DNA of 64,000 bases, from the NCBI RefSeq assembly GCF_001194135.2, contig NC_068987.1, positions 101,750,656 through 101,814,655 on the forward strand. The letters are read 5' to 3'. The translations under genes were made by a program, and so were the position numbers. Origin of the DNA: Octopus bimaculoides. Taxonomy: Eukaryota. This document shows positions 53,356 to 64,000 of the stretch, in pieces. The stretch's first letter is position 1, and every line of letters begins with the position of its first letter. The notes beneath the pieces were generated by a model. That model was not told the DNA's origin. It saw only the letters and a list, made by a program, of their open reading frames with translations, and searched no databases.

Positions 53356-54710
53356 TCTATCCATAAAATTCTTCAACCTTACCTTTGCTCTCTTTATCTT
53401 TTTGTTTTTTATATATTTACATATACACACGCTAATACACGACTTATAATACCCAATCTTGTTCATACAACGACTGGGGCAAATTAATCGGTATACAGTA
53501 CTTACTCGGTATTACCTGTATCCTNNNNNNNNNNNNNNNNNNNNNNNNNNNNNNNNNNNNNNNNNNNNNNNNNNNNNNNNNNNNNNNNNNNNNNNNNNNN
53601 NNNNNNNNNNNNNNNNNNNNNNNNNNNNNNNNNNNNNNNNNNNNNNNNNNNNNNNNNNNNNNNNNNNNNNNNNNNNNNNNNNNNNNNNNNNNNNNNNNNN
53701 NNNNNNNNNNNNNNNNNNNNNNNNNNNNNNNNNNNNNNNNNNNNNNNNNNNNNNNNNNNNNNNNNNNNNNNNNNNNNNNNNNNNNNNNNNNNNNNNNNNN
53801 NNNNNNNNNNNNNNNNNNNNNNNNNNNNNNNNNNNNNNNNNNNNNNNNNNNNNNNNNNNNNNNNNNNNNNNNNNNNNNNNNNNNNNNNNNNNNNNNNNNN
53901 NNNNNNNNNNNNNNNNNNNNNNNNNNNNNNNNNNNNNNNNNNNNNNNNNNNNNNNNNNNNNNNNNTATACATAATACATATATGTATATACGTTTGTCGT
54001 AATGAATTGAAGATAGTGTACTCAGAATCTGATGTAAAATATAAATAGTTTATTTGATTCAAACAGCCGGAAACAGAACGAAATGAAGGCCTTTGTTTTT
54101 CCCCACGAACGATATTTCGACTATTTTAGTAACTTTTGCGGAACATTCTGAAATTTCCCTGATTTATTAATAAATCAATCAAAGAGAAAAATGGAAACCA
54201 TGGCGAATTCAACAAATGCTGGGATCAATTTGGAATATGACACCAAATGTCTGATTGACGCCCTCCTGATGTTATGATGATGATGTTGATGATGAGAATG
54301 ATGATGATGATAATGACGATGACGGTGATGATGATGACGATCATCATCATCATCATTGTTATTCCTCTAATATCAATAATACTAAAGATTATTAGTCTAC
54401 AGACAAAACAGAAAATTTCACTTAGACTACATCTATTGCTATATCAACCACGAATATTTATTTGATATCGGCGCCAGACAGAAAAAAAGAGCATATTAAA
54501 GCAGCACATTAAATTAATAATAATAATTAGAGAACGAAAGAAAGAAAGAAATAAAGAAGGGAAGAAAGAACGAACGAAAGAAAGAAAGAAAGGAGACCTG
54601 TAAATTCTTTCCATTCCATCTTTCTCTCTCCTGCCTACATTCTTACCCTCTCCCTTTCTACTGCCCTCTCTCTGTGTGTGTATATGTGTATGCGTTTACG
54701 TGCATTATAT

Positions 54711-54852
<142 letters not shown>

Positions 54853-54973
54853 ATTTATGTACATATATATACTATCTCTCAGATATACATGTAGACCTTC
54901 TCTGGTAACGTTGCTGTGTCATTCTCATCTCCACCCCACCCCGCTCTGTCTCTCTCTACCTATCTATCTATCC

Positions 54974-55015
<42 letters not shown>

Positions 55016-55714
55016 ATATCTGTCGGTTTTGCTTTTAACGCCAACCGTTTCAGGCAGTGGAGTTTTTGTGCCTGAATTCTGCCAAACTGCTCAGCTTTTA
55101 CGTTAGTCTCTTTCATATCGATTTAAATACAAAATTTCGTTACCATAGGTTCATCGTCACAACTATTCCCATTTCATTTCATATTATTTCTGTAAACATC
55201 ATGACCATCCTTACTTTGGATATCATCGTTGTCCTGGTCATTGTTGTTGCCTTCGATGCCGTCGGCGTCATCTTTATTATCACTGTCATTATACTTACTA
55301 TTTTACTTACACTCAGCATTGTTGTACTTAATATTTAGTTGTCGTGTATGGGTAGGGAAGAGCCAATTATATAGACTCCAGTAAGTGAGTAATAATTATT
55401 TTATCAACGGACGAAAAATGAACGCTGAAGCAAACCTCGACGGATTTGAACTAGTACCGTAAGGGGTTGTAACACAATCACCCCGTGGCATGTTATCCGC
55501 TGCTTTTTGGATTTTATCCTTAGCCATTCTTCAGTTATACATATGACAACTAATACATATCAATAATCAGTGGTAGATCGAAAGAATCAGTGAAGAGCTG
55601 GTGTCTAATTTCCTATGCTTATTTGTGAGTTCAAATTTTATTAATATTTATAACCTTGATTACTAACAGAGTTACAACACTTTAATATTCTTTAGTGGCA
55701 CATGGGTATTAGCT

Positions 55715-56030
55715 CTCCGTTGGTTGTGATGAAAAGGTTTCTAGTTGAGTCTATCAACGGATGCGTCTGCTCATGAAATTAATGTGTAAGTGGCTGAGCT
55801 CGCTACAGACATGCGTACTGTTAAGAAAGCAATTAGGGAGATTCAGCATCACTCAGAATGTGACCATGCCTGCCCATTCAGTTTCATGTATTATTCATTT
55901 TCCCTCAGCTGAGTGGACAGGAGAAACGTGAAAATTAAAGAGTCTTGCGCAAGGATACAACGCACCACCAGGTACTGAATTCATGATCGTGAACTCAATA
56001 CCATATAGCCAAAGAGGATAGCGCTATTTT
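55715..56030 (-). mobile_element. Older family-A-related SINE
   Basis: Reverse complement contains GCTCAGCCACTTACACATTAATTTCATGAGCAGAC and a CCTTGCGCAAGACTCTT segment. Confidence 0.65.
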
Positions 56031-56339
56031 ATAGACTCATATTTTTCACTGAAAGTTATTTTGATATAATGGAAGTGATTTGGATTACTATACTTCCTGA
56101 GTAGTCTCGTCCCTAAAACGCCATAATTAAGGGACTTCAGATTTTATATCTTTCTTATATTTTAGTAAACTCCCACAGAATCTTGGCTGTATTTATTTTA
56201 TTTTTTAAAATTTTTAGTTCCATTTTCTAGGATGTTCTGTGCGAAACCCATTTCAAATTTGGGAAGTCATCCTTATATTTTCGTGGTTACTTTTTCTAAA
56301 GTCCTCAATAGTATTGTATGGCTCTTCTAAGAAATACGA

Positions 56340-57250
56340 AGAAATGGCAGGAGCAATGATAAACACGGTCCAATCAGCGGGCCTGGAGAGACAAGTAGAT
56401 CGCTAGACGAATAGACCGGTTATATTGCTCGGGTATGGTTTGGTTCTGACATCCAGATAGAGAGAACGTAGGATGATTTTACAAGGACGCTGGCTACCTG
56501 TACTCCTAATTGGATTGAAAGGACCCCATCCCTGATAGATGGAACAGAAGTGTCGAAATTATATTCACCCTCATAATAATTTGCCGCTTGATCGTCGTGC
56601 TTTGACCAAGTCATCGTTTAGAAAGATTCTGGAGGTCGACGAGAATCAAATTCCAACTCTTTTCCGGAGGAGTATCAGGTCAGAACTCATCAATAATTTC
56701 CAGAAATATTTGCCTGACAGTGTCACCATTGAAAGGCATTAGCGCTACAAGACCACCTCTAGTGATGAGACTATACTGGACACATACATACGGTGTCCGA
56801 GCATTGGTGAGTTGTCCAGCAGATATTCTCTCGCGGACAATGAATCCGGGTATCAGCTGAGTTGAACGTGAGAACCAGTCCACTACCCGTCTTTAACAAT
56901 ACAGAGCAGGCGGTATTCTTTTGTCTAATAGCTTTGGTGAAACAGGATGTGCAGTTAATAATGGTGAAAGCATTCACGATGGACACTTTACTCCTTGGTC
57001 ATCTATTGACTTAGTCTTTAAAGTTCTACTTAAAAGGAGAAGTGAGGACGGAGAAGGAAATGCTCTCCCACAACGGCTTTCTCAAAAAGTTGGAAGCTGA
57101 AGATGGTTGAGGTGAATGGATTTACTATGCACCTGTAGATTGGAGAAGAGCAGTCAGGCCAACTTTAGGTGATCAAGAAAATTTTCGATCTGATGTTCCT
57201 TGTTTGGGCCTAGACGCAGTTTCTCCTACTTTAGAACTGCATCAAACACG
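56340..57250 (-). pseudogene. Decayed L1/Tx1-like LINE reverse transcriptase
   Basis: Minus-strand motifs in RT order: LFEKA...HFL (about 57075), SIVNAFT...FTKAIRQ (about 56925), IFLEI...EKSWNLIL...KR*...RVNIISTLLFHLS, SLQAR*L. There are many stops and frameshifts. Confidence 0.55.
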
Positions 57251-57574
57251 CATTCTTATATTTTGTATACTATGTTTACTTTCCATCTCATCTCTTCCTC
57301 CTCTCGCTTTCTTCTCCTCATCTTATATGTAAAATCTCACAAAAAATTGAAACTGTCCTTGTAATGTCTCATCCATCTGATGCCCCTGTGACAAATAAAA
57401 GGGTTTGTTGTCGTTACTCTTTTACACTTTTACTTGTTTCAGTCATTTGACTGCGGCCATGCTGGAGCACCGCCTTTAGTGTCAATCGTGAATCCTTTCA
57501 CTATTGTTCACTGCACATCCTCTTTCACCAAAGCTATTAGACACCGCCTGCTGTTGTTGTTGTTGTTATTATTA

Positions 57575-57647
<73 letters not shown>

Positions 57648-57772
57648 CGTCATCATCATTATATTTACTTATTCATTTTTCATTTGTGAAAACTGAATAT
57701 ACTGAATATATTTCTGGGGGGCATATAAAATACAATAGGGTACTACTACTTCAACAGCAACAACAACAACAG

Positions 57773-57832
<60 letters not shown>

Positions 57833-58634
57833 TTACTAAAAATAAAAAAACAACAACGACAAACACAGCAACAACATAAAAAAAAATGACAAAGACATGA
57901 TTCAGAGGTTAGTTGTTCCTCTTGACCGACGCTGAATGGCTTCATTGCAAATAGATCTCACCGTCTCAATGGCTACATAAAAGATTGTTGCGCATGAATA
58001 AACATGCCGTTATGCATTACTTATTATACACACGCTCACACAGTAATGCACACTTAACCTCACACACTATGTATATGGAGTACATGCATACATGCATTCA
58101 CGTATAATTGTTTCGACTTTTATTTATGTTTTTTTTTTTAGTTGAATACTTAGGATTTGGAAGTTAACTTGTATCGTCTCTTAAAAGCTGTTTTGCAGGC
58201 CTTGACAGTGATCAGCTGAAATACTTAAGCACATGCTTTAGGACTGCTCAAACCTGTCACAGTTATTGCAGGGTCCTGAATGACTAGTTTTTCCTGGTAA
58301 CAGGAGAAGTGGTGTTTAACCTCAGAGCGCATGAACGCACCCCCCCACACACACACTCCCTCTCTAACGCACACACTCTGTCACAGTGGCGCACTGTCAC
58401 AGAGGCACACCCACAAACACTCATACTCACATACCCACACACCCACAAGCGTACTTACGAATGCATGAATAATCTCAGTTAATCAAATTATCGAACTATC
58501 GAACTCACTATATTTACAAATATATTTAAATTTAGTTAGGTTTACACTCCTGTCTGGCATTTTCATATTATCATATTATCATACTTTGTTTGTGTGTATT
58601 TTAGTCCCTGTATGCATATGCGATTGCTTTTGTG

Positions 58635-58705
<71 letters not shown>

Positions 58706-58706
58706 G

Positions 58707-58739
<33 letters not shown>

Positions 58740-58744
58740 ATCTG

Positions 58745-58945
58745 TCGATCTATCTAAGTGGGGCACTACCTTAAAGGGCTTTTATTCGAAGATATCCACT
58801 CCAGGACTTATTATTTGTAAGTCTAGTACTTATTCTATCGATTTTTTTTTACCGAAGAACTAAGTTACGGTGATGTAAACACACCAACATCAGTTCGCGA
58901 GCTGTCAAGTGATGGTGGCGCTGAGACAAACAACGACACAAGGAG
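58745..58945 (-). mobile_element. tRNA-derived SINE (family D)
   Basis: CCAGGACTTATT...GTACTTATTCTATCG...CTAAGTTACGG...AAACACACCA. Fragments of the same family occur at 35555-35640 and 57434-57478. Confidence 0.65.
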
Positions 58946-58950
58946 ACAAG

Positions 58951-58989
<39 letters not shown>

Positions 58990-58991
<2 letters not shown>

Positions 58992-59147
58992 GACGGGCTT
59001 CTTTCAGTTTCCGTCTACCTAATCCACTCACAAGTCTTTAGTCGGCTCGAGGCTATAGTAGAAGACACTTGCGTAAGGTATCACGCAGTGGGACTAGACC
59101 CGGAAATATTTAGTTGGGAAGCAACCTTCTTACCACACCGCCATGCC
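58990..59147 (-). mobile_element. tRNA-derived SINE (family C), 5' portion
   Basis: Reverse complement GGCATGGCGGTGTGGTAAGAAGGTTGCTTCCCAAC...GGGTCTAGTCCCACTGCGTG...GCAAGTGTCTTCTACTATAGCCTCG. It sits next to a (TA)n tract. Confidence 0.8.
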
Positions 59148-59559
59148 CGTATATAAGAAATGATCTTCTTGTAGATGTAGAATATATTTTGTTGTTATTC
59201 TGAATTCCGTTTATTCGTTCATTGCACTGTAGAAATATTAAATTATCCAGCATAAAAATTTTGCATATATCTACTAATCATTTTGATTGGTTGTAGGAAT
59301 GTATTTAAAAACAGGTACTCCATTCTTTAAAATGTTCGGTTTACGACCCGTCCCCCATAAACTCTATCTACTCACATATAGTGGTTCCCAATAACGAAGA
59401 AACAGACCTCTCTGCTGCACACAAAAACCGGAAGCGCTTTCAGCAGTTCGTCGACTCCTGGAATGATAAAATTACGCCATCACCAATTTTTCTTAGATCA
59501 TGAAAAAACAGTTGTTCATATTGTTCGTGTTGTTTGTTTAGTATTTCCCTGTGTTTATC

Positions 59560-59880
59560 CTACTAATCATGCTTGCAATGCATAAAACCGATGCAAGTGA
59601 TGTCCATTCATTAAATAAAAATAAAAACATAATAATGATTGATATTTTAAGTAGAAACGAATATAGAGATCACAGTGAGGTAAAACTTCAACGAATATTG
59701 GAAAACCTCTAGGATACAGTCGGTCGATCACCGGCACAATTTTAAAGGACAAAGTGAGAATAATGGAGCATATAAAAGGCTCTGATCCGATGAGAACAAT
59801 ATCACTAAGCAACGGATTGGTTTAATTATTGAAATGGAAAGGCTACTAGCAATTTGTTAGGAGATCAAAATTAGCTTAAT
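59560..59880 (+). pseudogene. Tigger/pogo transposase N-terminal (CENP-B-type HTH) relic
   Basis: Frameshifted SRSITGTILKDKVRIMEHIKGSDPMRTI / TKQRIGLIIEMERLLAIC* resembles Tigger-type ...STI.TILK.K..I.EHVK.S.PM..T.I.K.R...I.EME.LL..W. Confidence 0.7.
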
Positions 59881-60669
59881 ACGCCTTTTAGTTTTCGTTT
59901 ACTGCAGAGAAAGGCTCAAAGAATTTTCAGTGAGTTAAAGGCTGCACGTGCAGCAAATAGAGGTTATTACGAACGAGAATTGGTTAGGATTAGGGGTGGG
60001 TTCATTCGTTTTAAAATGATAAATTAACTCAATGAGAAGAAGTAAGACAAAGACAGAGAGACTGGATGCCGGGGTTATCATTGACTTACCTAAAAAATAA
60101 TAAAAAAAAAGTGGGATGCGGATTATCTAGTGTATAAGCATTCAGTATTTCGAACAAGAAAGAGGGTAAGCTAACAGAATCATTAACATCGACAAATTAA
60201 GAATAAAAGATTTATGAATGATGTGTACCGAGCAATATTACCTCTGTGTGTGCGTGTATGTTTGTGTGTGTGAATGTGTGTGTGTTTGTGTATGTGTTTG
60301 TGCGCGTGTGTGTATGCGTGTGGCGTGTGTGTGCTTTTATATATATATGCATGAAATATAAATATATATGACAACACACACACTCACACACACACATATA
60401 TATATATATATAAAACAACATATACTGTATATATAACAACATATATAATATGATTAATATATGTGTCCAAGTAGAGATACATATATATAACCTGGTGAAG
60501 AACTTAATATACGCATGCTCGTGAACAAGACGTTACTCGAGCACGCAGCGATAGGAAAAGAGACAAAAGAAAATCGTTTATTCCTCTGTGATCTTTTTTT
60601 AAATTTCTTATTTCCTATATACAGATGTGCGTGAAGAGAAGTGACTGTTTATGTATGTATGTATGTATG

Positions 60670-60718
<49 letters not shown>

Positions 60719-62040
60719 TCAATCAGTTTCATTTCTGTATTTCTTGTCCATAGAGAAAGAGCCGGACTCTAACATAGATTCAATGCTCCTTCAATGGAAC
60801 TTTTATCAACATCATCTAGGTATTTGTGCATATGTGTGTGTGTGTGTGCATTATTTGGTGTTAGTGNNNNNNNNNNNNNNNNNNNNNNNNNNNNNNNNNN
60901 NNNNNNNNNNNNNNNNNNNNNNNNNNNNNNNNNNNNNNNNNNNNNNNNNNNNNNNNNNNNNNNNNNNNNNNNNNNNNNNNNNNNNNNNNNNNNNNNNNNN
61001 NNNNNNNNNNNNNNNNNNNNNNNNNNNNNNNNNNNNNNNNNNNNNNNNNNNNNNNNNNNNNNNNNNNNNNNNNNNNNNNNNNNNNNNNNNNNNNNNNNNN
61101 NNNNNNNNNNNNNNNNNNNNNNNNNNNNNNNNNNNNNNNNNNNNNNNNNNNNNNNNNNNNNNNNNNNNNNNNNNNNNNNNNNNNNNNNNNNNNNNNNNNN
61201 NNNNNNNNNNNNNNNNNNNNNNNNNNNNNNNNNNNNNNNNNNNNNNNNNNNNNNNNNNNNNNNNNNNNNNNNNNNNNNNNNNNNNNNNNNNNNNNNNNNN
61301 NNNNNNNNNNNNNNNNNNNNNNNNNNNNNNNNNNNNNNNNNNNNNNNNNNNNNNNNNNNNNNNNNNNNNNNNNNNNNNNNNNNNNNNNNNNNNNNNNNNN
61401 NNNNNNNNNNNNNNNNNNNNNNNNNNNNNNNNNNNNNNNNNNNNNNNNNNNNNNNNNNNNNNNNNNNNNNNNNNNNNNNNNNNNNNNNNNNNNNNNNNNN
61501 NNNNNNNNNNNNNNNNNNNNNNNNNNNNNNNNNNNNNNNNNNNNNNNNNNNNNNNNNNNNNNNNNNNNNNNNNNNNNNNNNNNNNNNNNNNNNNNNNNNN
61601 NNNNNNNNNNNNNNNNNNNNNNNNNNNNNNNNNNNNNNNNNNNNNNNNNNNNNNNNNNNNNNNNNNNNNNNNNNNNNNNNNNNNNNNNNNNNNNNNNNNN
61701 NNNNNNNNNNNNNNNNNNNNNNNNNNNNNNNNNNNNNNNNNNNNNNNNNNNNNNNNNNNNNNNNNNNNNNNNNNNNNNNNNNNNNNNNNNNNNNNNNNNN
61801 NNNNNNNNNNNNNNATATATAGTAAAAGTTCTGGACAACGCTTAACGGAAATTATAAAGATATAAAGATCAATTCTGACCAATTCCATTTCCTCATCTGT
61901 ATATGTCTATCTATCTATCCGTGTGCCTGTCTGTCAGTCTGACTGTTGGTATATACGTATGTATGTAAGTATGTATATATGCGGGTGTTTTTGTGTATTG
62001 TTTGGATGAGAAAGAGTGAGAATGAAAGAAAGAGTGAAAT

Positions 62041-62082
<42 letters not shown>

Positions 62083-62639
62083 AAGGAGGGAGGGAGGGAG
62101 AGGTATAGTGAGAAAAACCCAGCCATATGTACACACATTTTTACAAACGTAGTATCATTTATAGAAATCTGACTTAATTTCCTTGAATGATCTGCGAAAA
62201 AATTCTTAGTATTAGAGACACGAAACAAAAAACAAAAGCAAGAATCAACAACTCTTGTTACAGGATGTCTTATAGGAATTTATTCATATTGACTTTTTCT
62301 TTATTTTATTCTTCTTTTCCTGCTGTGGCTTTCTGTGGCAGATTCAATTCTGTCCCTTTGTGCTTCTGCCGAAAGACATTACTAAAGATATATATGTTTT
62401 TTGTTACTATTTTCATCTATTTAATTTAGGTTTTAGTTATGTTTTTGATCTGGTGTTTTTGTTTATCTCATTATATAGTATGTGTTGTTATTGTTAGGGG
62501 CTTCCTCCTGTCACAAGAAAACTGCAAAAGAATGTCAGAATACATCCTGTTTTGCCATAGCCACACAACCACGAATACTACATTAAACATAGAGATTAAC
62601 CTCTGTACGTTCAGCAACCATAGATATCTACATCAGATA

Positions 62640-63374
62640 TAATAGCTTAGACCATCTACAGCAATATTATCATAATAGCCACGATCCCTCAACGTGGTCA
62701 CTCTTCCTGCTTCATGGTGATGATAAGATGATATCCTCGTAAATACGACAGTGCAAATTATTGCTGGGATCTTGCAAAATGTATCAGGAGTTTTTGAGAG
62801 GAATATAGAGGAAATGGGAATAGAGTGCCCGGTAGAGTTATTACAAGAGGTGTGCTTCCTTGGCTGGGCCAGAATCAGCAGGAGAATATTAGATATTTTA
62901 AGAGAGTAGATAACATGGTACCGTAGGCCTGCGTGGAGGCGCAATGGCCCAGTTGTTAGGGCAGCGGACTCGCGGTCACAGGATCGTGGTTTCGATTCCC
63001 AAACCGGGCGTTGTGAGTGTTTATTGAGCGAAAACACCTAAAGCTCCACGAGGCTCCGGCAGGCGATGGTGGCGAACCCTGCTGTACTCTCTCACCACAA
63101 CTTTCTCTCACTCTTACTTCCTGTTTCTGTTGTGCCTGTAATTCAAAGGGTCAGCCTTGTCACACTTGTCACGCTGAATATCCTCGAGAACTACGTTAAG
63201 GGTACACGTGTCTGTGGAGTGCTCAGCCACTTGCACGTTAATTTCACGAGCAGGCTGTTCCGTTGATCGCATCAACTTGAACCCTCGACGTCGTAAGCGA
63301 CGGAGTGCCAACAAAAAATCGTAGGCCTACAGGTAGCCTGACTCCAGGACTTCCAAGAAAAACTGGATCAAATG
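62640..63374 (+). mobile_element. 3' end of a second R4/Dong-like REL LINE family, with its 3' UTR interrupted by a SINE
   Basis: VQIIAGILQNVSGVFERNIEEMGIECPVELLQEVCFLGWARISRRILDILRE* (stop 62907-62909) resembles the REL C-terminus (PIIVGALG.V...LQK..LLG.ARI.R.VL). It ends at a (TAA/TGA)n tract at 63375-63402. Confidence 0.65.
62933..63318 (+). mobile_element. Full-length tRNA-derived SINE (family A)
   Basis: Near-identical to the 12201 copy. TSD-like CGTAGGCCT at 62922-62930 and 63320-63328. Confidence 0.95.
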
Positions 63375-64000
63375 AATAATGATGATGATAATGATGATGA
63401 TGTCCTTCTTTATGAAGACTGATCATTTCATTAAAGCAAGGAGACTAAAGAGAAGAAACAGAAAAGCGTGGATTGTAATTTGAGGGAGTCTCAGTATTTG
63501 TGGTGCCTACTTTTGCTATACACAGTGGCATTTTCCCGTTGATTATGTACTGATTGAGTTGTATTACTATAGGTCCATAAAGGCTCGAAAACACTTTTGA
63601 TCGAATCGCATGGACCATAGACGAAATCTCATTCTGTAATCAGATTTTATAGCCAACCACATTTTATTGCTAAACTAAATATAGCCAAAGACTGAGCGAA
63701 GAGAATAACTTATTCAAAGCGCATTTCCATTAATTGTAATTACGCATGAATTAGAAATGTGAAAGCATATGAATAATTATGATCCAAGAGAAGTAAGCAT
63801 TTTTTTTTTACATCTAAATACGTTTAACTATACAAATGCTGAAATACTACATCATATGTATGATAACTTTCCTAATTAATATGAAGACAGAAAATAAAGA
63901 GGTTTTTGAAAACTAATAAGTCATCATTAGCCAAAAACAAAAAGAAAAAAAGGAAAACGCTTAAGAGATTAATTTGTTTTTATACCTAGCTTATCCGTTC

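Larger units (their letters stand above)
52616..53425. mobile_element. Foldback element: ~370-bp inverted arms (52616-52982 / 53056-53425) with a ~73-bp spacer, each arm ending in a hammerhead motif; probably a non-autonomous PLE or retrozyme-like derivative
   Basis: The arms are reverse complements with about 10 small differences by eye (~97% identity). I found no convincing ORF in the arms. Confidence 0.9.

Noticed and set aside
59941-59954. Perfect 14-bp palindrome GCTGCACGTGCAGC (E-box); also the near-palindrome at about 30080-30097
   Set aside because: A few palindromes of this length are expected by chance in 64 kb.

Overview
AT-rich eukaryotic (metazoan) genomic DNA that is extremely microsatellite-dense and has 15 N-gaps. 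The repeat families and overall texture look like an octopod cephalopod (Octopus-like) intron or intergenic region; this is an inference from memory, not a database hit. I found no supportable host protein-coding exon, rRNA, true tRNA or CRISPR array. Almost all ORFs in the track are microsatellite or N-gap translations. The window is a transposon landscape: several tRNA-derived SINE families, relics of hAT and Tigger/pogo transposases, an L1/Tx1-like RT, two R4/Dong-like restriction-like-endonuclease (REL) LINE fragments, and Penelope-like elements (PLEs). The most interesting signal is a set of minimal type-I hammerhead-ribozyme motifs from two different families, each in an inverted head-to-head arrangement with the ribozymes facing outward. 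(1) At 17599-20641 two PLE copies carry a 3' terminal module made of a tRNA-like Pol III head, an (AAT)n tract and a hammerhead. One copy has a Dong-like LINE nested in its (AAT)n tract, and the module also occurs alone at 35212 and 5783. (2) At 52616-53425 a ~370-bp-arm foldback carries twin hammerheads with a non-canonical CCGAUGA core. All translations, alignments and identities were done by eye.
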